A DNA stretch of 64,000 nt from the NCBI RefSeq assembly GCF_003018115.1, contig NZ_CP027457.1; one strand, given 5' to 3'. A program made the translations under genes and the position numbers. The notes under the pieces were generated by a model. The model was not told the origin of the DNA and did not search any database. It worked only from the letters and a program-made list of their open reading frames with translations. Positions 59,439 to 64,000 of the stretch are shown piece by piece (the stretch's first letter is position 1; each line of letters opens with the position of its first letter). Source of the stretch: Escherichia coli (GTDB taxonomy: Bacteria > Pseudomonadota > Gammaproteobacteria > Enterobacterales > Enterobacteriaceae).

Positions 59439-59822
59439 TCAATTAAGAAGTTCCTTTGATACGTTACCAGTATCAAAAAACTCTTTTAAGATCTTTACAA
59501 TAAGTTCACAGTCTTTTGTAAGCTGAGATTCCGGCCAGTAATCACCAAGAATCACCATTTTTGTATCAGGTTTAGATGAGTCCCAGTACGTTCTTACTTG
59601 GTATTCATCTTCAAAAATTTCACCTAATGTTATCAAGTAATAACCATTCTCCGTTCTGATCTGAAGCATTTCAGCGCTATTATCGCCACTGTTCTGTATA
59701 TCAAGAGTAAGTGTTCCTTTTTTTCCCTGAATTAGTTTAAACTGATTTAATACCATGTCCCAATTTGAGATCTGTTTATTGCCACCTGTTTCGCCCAGTG
59801 TCCAACTCACTTTAAAATTCAT
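59439..59822 (-). CDS. cdiI: CdiI immunity protein cognate to the resident CdiA-CT
   Basis: 127 aa; ATG 1 nt after cdiA stop. Confidence 0.6.
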   Translation of the reverse strand: MNFKVSWTLGETGGNKQISNWDMVLNQFKLIQGKKGTLTLDIQNSGDNSAEMLQIRTENGYYLITLGEIFEDEYQVRTYWDSSKPDTKMVILGDYWPESQLTKDCELIVKILKEFFDTGNVSKELLN

Positions 59823-59823
59823 T

Positions 59824-62800
59824 TTAATCCCTAACCTTGAGAGATTTCATGCCAGGCTGCCAGTAGAGGACTGATCCTGTAGCCTCTTCATAAATTGTTA
59901 AAGATTTTAGCCCCGCTTTATCAGCCATGGCTGCTATATCACCGCGGCAATAACCACATACAGGCTCTTTAGATACACTCATTGTCATCTCACGCCCTTG
60001 AGACATACCCTTTTCAAAAGCTTGCTGTATAACACCTACTTCAGCATGAGCTGTAGCCATATTGCCGTTAGGAAGAGGCTTGTTTTGCTTATCTATTTTA
60101 GCTTGGATTCGTCCATCAATGAGTGTTGGCTTATTCACATCTGCTAAGTTGGAAGGCCTTGCACCCTGATTAGTATCAGTAAACTTAGCTCCATCAACAT
60201 TACCTTTCGCTACGACCTTAAGATTAGCATCAACGATTTTACTTAATTGTTTTGCCGCAGCAGAACCCAAAATTGGTGTCACCGAAGCCGCAATGCTCTC
60301 CAGACCCTGCTTTGTTTCGGTGTAGCTTTCTGCGGTCTGACGATCCACCCCTTTGGTGACCATGAAATAGTTAATCATGGCGTCTTTCACCTGTTGCTGA
60401 TTCTGTGCATCAACACTGGTGATATCGAGGAGATTGACCATCTGACCATACGCATCAGCGTATTGCTGGCTGTATTTCGAGTTATAAGGGCCATCTTCGT
60501 ACCCTTCTTTCGACGCAATAACTTTCAGTCTTGCGCTGGCACACGCTGAACTACCCGCATTACCATTACCGCAGGCAGCAATAACCTCCTTATCACTGGC
60601 AATATCTTTCTCACGCAGAGCATTATATTTCTGTTGCGCCTTTTCGCGCTCTGCCGGATCTTTACTATTTTTAAGCGTCTGTTTTGCTATCTCAAGCTCT
60701 GTCTTTTCAGACACGCTAAGATAGTTATTCTCAACCGCGTTCCTGCCTGCCTGTGCCCCCGTACCGGCAGACGCCGTACTGTTGCCTGCAAGCCCGCCCG
60801 CAATACCTGAGGCAATGGTGGCCAACATGCTGATTTGCTGACGTTCCTGTTCACTCAGGTTATCAGTACGACCACCATAGTAGTTATCAATGATATACCG
60901 GGCTGCAAGTTCACCGCTGAATGCCCCTGCAGCACCGGAAGCCGCATTGTTTCCGCCCAGTTGTGCGGCAAGCGCTCCCCAGACTGCGTGAGCCATCAGG
61001 TTTGCTTCCCGGTTATCGCCGGTGGCCTGTTTTATAAGCTGTGCCACTGCCGGATTCAGACCGCCAGCCAGTATCTGCCCCGGATTCCCTGCATTCAGTC
61101 CGCCCAGCACACCCGTGATGGCCTGTACCACCATCTGCGGCGTACTGCCCGTACCGTAGCCTTTCATGACCTCTCTGTATTCCGGGGTCTCCCGCAACTG
61201 TGCATCGCTCATGCCAGGATGCTCTTTCCTGGCTGCTTTCATCGCTTCAGTTTCGCCATACGTCATGACGATGTTACTCATCTGACCGCTAATCTGGCTG
61301 ATAACCTGCGCTTCCTGCAGACGCTTCTGCTCTTTCTCCCTGTCAAATATCGGTGCAATGCTGCCGTTGGCGTTTTCCGGGTCCCGGCTGAGCCCGGCAA
61401 TATCCTGCTTCTGACTCTCATTATCACGGATAATGAGATTTCCGCCGCTGATGGCGGATGACGTGGTACCTTCAGCATGTCCACTGCTGCCGGACATACC
61501 GGTAAGTGCGTTCGCCGCACCGGCTATTGCATTTGAGGCCACCATCTGGCTGGCTGACATCCCTGAGCCACCCGATAAACTGATTCCGGTATGGCTGGCT
61601 TTATAGTCTGCCTGGTTATGGATATCCGACCAGCCCAGCGTATTGGTATTGAGGCTGTTTTTGTCATCCGTTGCCGTGGACGCAATTACCGCACCATTGA
61701 GCTGAGTGTGATTCCCAACAGTGACATCAAACCCGTCTTTTCCGGCGTAGATACCACTCTGTTCCCGGACAGAATCGTAATTGCTTTTAATTTTGTCCTG
61801 ACTGATGCTGGCATAGCCGCTGCCGGACATTGAGCCAAACGTGAAGCTTCCACCTGCAGCCACGCTGTTCTGTCTGCTGTCGTAACGGTCACTGTCCTGA
61901 AGGCTCGAAATGGTCAGGTTGTTGCCGACATCTGCTGTGACTTTCTCGCCACTGACCTGAGCCCCCGACAGGGTGGTATCACGTCCGCTTGTGAGGGAGA
62001 CATTTTTACCCGCATCCAGCGTGGTTTCGGTCCAGGTCGTGCCGTTGCCTTTCTCCCTGCCCTCTGAACCATTGATACCGGCGAAGATACTGAGGCCTCC
62101 GCCATTGGTTCCACCACCAAAGCTGACGCCCACGCCGCCACCTTTGCTGCTGTTCTTCCCGGTTGTCTGTCGGGTGTCAGCGGCGGCAGCCAGCAGAATA
62201 TCGTTCTGTGCATTCAGGCTGGTGTCATTGCCGGACTTAATCTGGCTCCCGGTAATGAGAATATCGCCGCTGTTGTTATGGTCCTTATTTTTCCCCGTGG
62301 CAGTGACAGAGACATTGTTACCGGCGCTGAGGGTTGAGCCGGAGACGATATCGTGCTGATATTTCGTCTCAGACTTCGACTGCTGATGGTTGAGCGAAAT
62401 GCTCACGCCGATACCATTATTCGGGTCAGCACTCTGTTGCTGCAGTCCGTGGTTAACACCGGCCTGTACACCAGACAGAACCGCCTGTGTTCCTTTCAGT
62501 GCCGCCAGACGGCTGTCGCTGGTTTCTTTCGCCTCCCGGGCCATGGTGGCAGCATTATTGATGGCACTGCCCACTGTGCCGGAAAGGGCAACCGTCAGCC
62601 CGCTTTTCTTCTGCTCAAATTTTTCGTCCACAGTACGACGGTCATGCCCCGGGTCAACCACCACACTGTCACCGGTAATGCTGATATCCCGGTTCGCAAT
62701 CACATCCGAACCGCTGATATGAGCCTGTTTGCCCGCGGTAATACTGACATTACCAGCAGTGGAGCCGATGGTGCTGGCACTCTGACTCTGCGTTGTCCCG

Positions 62801-64000
62801 GCCTCGCGGCGGTCGTGCGTTGTCTTACTGCTGCCAGTGGTGAAACCAATACCGCCGGTACCCGTCAGACCGGATTTCTTCGTTTCCTTAAAGCGCCAGG
62901 ACGTATCTGTACTGGTGGCAGCAAGAACATCAACATGGTTATCCGCCGCCAGTGACACATCCCAGTCAGCCACCACATCCGAACCCTGTACCGTCAGGTT
63001 ATTACCGGCGTTAACGGTCACGCGGTTTCCCGACAGCAGGGAGCCCTTCTCACGGGTGACGCTGTCTTCCGTGATGGTCCGGGTGGTCTGATGGCTGAGG
63101 AGACGGTTACGGGTTTCCCCTGATTCACTGTAGTGATAATCACTTTCCGTGGCAGTACCCAGTACGATGTCATGACCGGCATTCACACGGATATCGCCCT
63201 TTGCCGTTACAGCGGTCGCAACTGAGGTGATATCCCGTCCGGCAGTAACCGTAATGTCACCGCCACTGGTCATGTCTGTTCCCTGCTGCCGGACCGAATC
63301 ATGAACCGTCTTCATGCTGAAAGTGCTGTCGTGGTCACCTGCGCCTGTGGACTCCGCAGCCATGTTCACATCCCGTCCGGCGCGGATAGCCATACTGTTT
63401 TCAGCCGTAATACCGGCAGCCTGGCTGTTCACATCACGACCGGCGGAAAGCATCAGACTGTTCCCGGCAGTGACCGTGGGGGCCACGGCATGAGTTTCAT
63501 ACCACCCGGACCCGCCATAGCGACGACGTTCTCCGGCCTGTATCGCGTTCATGTTCAGGTCATTACCGGCGGACAGTAACACGCTGTCACCGGCAGAAAC
63601 GGCGGCACCGGTGATACTGATATCCCCGGCTGCGCCCATAAACAGTGAGTCCGTTGCCCTGACAGCAGCCAGCGGACCGGTATCCGTTCCGCTGAAATGG
63701 TTATATCCGTTGTTCATCGCCCACTGTTCTGTCCGGGTGAGGTTACTGATGTTTCCGGTGGCGCTTTCCAGGGATACGGTTTTACCGCTGATGACTGAGC
63801 TGATATTGCCGATATCCCCGATGGCCTTCAGGTTCAGTGCACCACCGGCGTTTATCAGTCCGGCATTCAGGTTGTCGATACTACCTGTGCTGTCGAGCAG
63901 GAGGTCATTCTGTGCGTTGATGCTGCCGCCGCTGTTGGTGATATTGCCACCCGCAAGCTGCACGTTGTTCCCGCTGATAACGCTGCCATTATGAAGGGTG
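59824..64000 (-). CDS. cdiA: contact-dependent inhibition toxin CdiA, 3' portion (N-terminus outside window)
   Basis: Frame open from window end to stop at 59824; filamentous-haemagglutinin-type repeats, pre-VENN region, VENN ([12 protein letters not shown], plus strand 60724-60735) and about 300-aa C-terminal toxin domain. Confidence 0.88.
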   Translation of the reverse strand, partial: TLHNGSVISGNNVQLAGGNITNSGGSINAQNDLLLDSTGSIDNLNAGLINAGGALNLKAIGDIGNISSVISGKTVSLESATGNISNLTRTEQWAMNNGYNHFSGTDTGPLAAVRATDSLFMGAAGDISITGAAVSAGDSVLLSAGNDLNMNAIQAGERRRYGGSGWYETHAVAPTVTAGNSLMLSAGRDVNSQAAGITAENSMAIRAGRDVNMAAESTGAGDHDSTFSMKTVHDSVRQQGTDMTSGGDITVTAGRDITSVATAVTAKGDIRVNAGHDIVLGTATESDYHYSESGETRNRLLSHQTTRTITEDSVTREKGSLLSGNRVTVNAGNNLTVQGSDVVADWDVSLAADNHVDVLAATSTDTSWRFKETKKSGLTGTGGIGFTTGSSKTTHDRREAGTTQSQSASTIGSTAGNVSITAGKQAHISGSDVIANRDISITGDSVVVDPGHDRRTVDEKFEQKKSGLTVALSGTVGSAINNAATMAREAKETSDSRLAALKGTQAVLSGVQAGVNHGLQQQSADPNNGIGVSISLNHQQSKSETKYQHDIVSGSTLSAGNNVSVTATGKNKDHNNSGDILITGSQIKSGNDTSLNAQNDILLAAAADTRQTTGKNSSKGGGVGVSFGGGTNGGGLSIFAGINGSEGREKGNGTTWTETTLDAGKNVSLTSGRDTTLSGAQVSGEKVTADVGNNLTISSLQDSDRYDSRQNSVAAGGSFTFGSMSGSGYASISQDKIKSNYDSVREQSGIYAGKDGFDVTVGNHTQLNGAVIASTATDDKNSLNTNTLGWSDIHNQADYKASHTGISLSGGSGMSASQMVASNAIAGAANALTGMSGSSGHAEGTTSSAISGGNLIIRDNESQKQDIAGLSRDPENANGSIAPIFDREKEQKRLQEAQVISQISGQMSNIVMTYGETEAMKAARKEHPGMSDAQLRETPEYREVMKGYGTGSTPQMVVQAITGVLGGLNAGNPGQILAGGLNPAVAQLIKQATGDNREANLMAHAVWGALAAQLGGNNAASGAAGAFSGELAARYIIDNYYGGRTDNLSEQERQQISMLATIASGIAGGLAGNSTASAGTGAQAGRNAVENNYLSVSEKTELEIAKQTLKNSKDPAEREKAQQKYNALREKDIASDKEVIAACGNGNAGSSACASARLKVIASKEGYEDGPYNSKYSQQYADAYGQMVNLLDITSVDAQNQQQVKDAMINYFMVTKGVDRQTAESYTETKQGLESIAASVTPILGSAAAKQLSKIVDANLKVVAKGNVDGAKFTDTNQGARPSNLADVNKPTLIDGRIQAKIDKQNKPLPNGNMATAHAEVGVIQQAFEKGMSQGREMTMSVSKEPVCGYCRGDIAAMADKAGLKSLTIYEEATGSVLYWQPGMKSLKVRD

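Noticed and set aside
22981-64000. Direct repeat of the serX 3' end as the distal island boundary (attR)
   Set aside because: No second copy of the terminal serX sequence noticed within the window; boundary is presumably beyond 64000 or degraded

Overview
Enterobacterial (Escherichia coli-like) chromosome segment. Positions 1-22980 are conserved core genes in K-12-like synteny: solA (5' truncated by the window edge), yceO, yceJ, yceI, trhO/yceA, lpxL, mdtG, msyB, yceK, opgHG, opgC, clsC-ymdB-ymdA, the curli locus csgCAB / csgDEFG, ycdZYX, ghrA and tRNA-Ser serX. From about 22981 to the window end lies a mosaic horizontally acquired island anchored at serX: (i) a CP4-44-like prophage remnant (yeeP GTPase, flu/Ag43 with its three-GATC switch, yeeR, DUF932, antirestriction, radC-like yeeS, cbeA/cbtA toxin-antitoxin, yeeW) interrupted by an IS110-family element; (ii) a defence cluster: an AT-rich divergent cassette (HEPN-like gene plus a 200-aa FimB-like tyrosine recombinase) bounded by 15-bp direct repeats, a dGTPase paralog, and a type I R-M operon (812-aa hsdM, hsdS, hsdR, coupled YgjP-like metallopeptidase) with a DarT/DarG-like module embedded between hsdS and hsdR; (iii) an IS66-family element; (iv) a contact-dependent inhibition region with the 3' part of cdiA (C-terminal domain with deaminase-like HAE/PCxxC motifs), cdiI, and four orphan toxin/immunity modules. 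Family assignments rest on reading the translated ORFs and recalled family hallmarks; no database search was run. No CRISPR array or rRNA seen.
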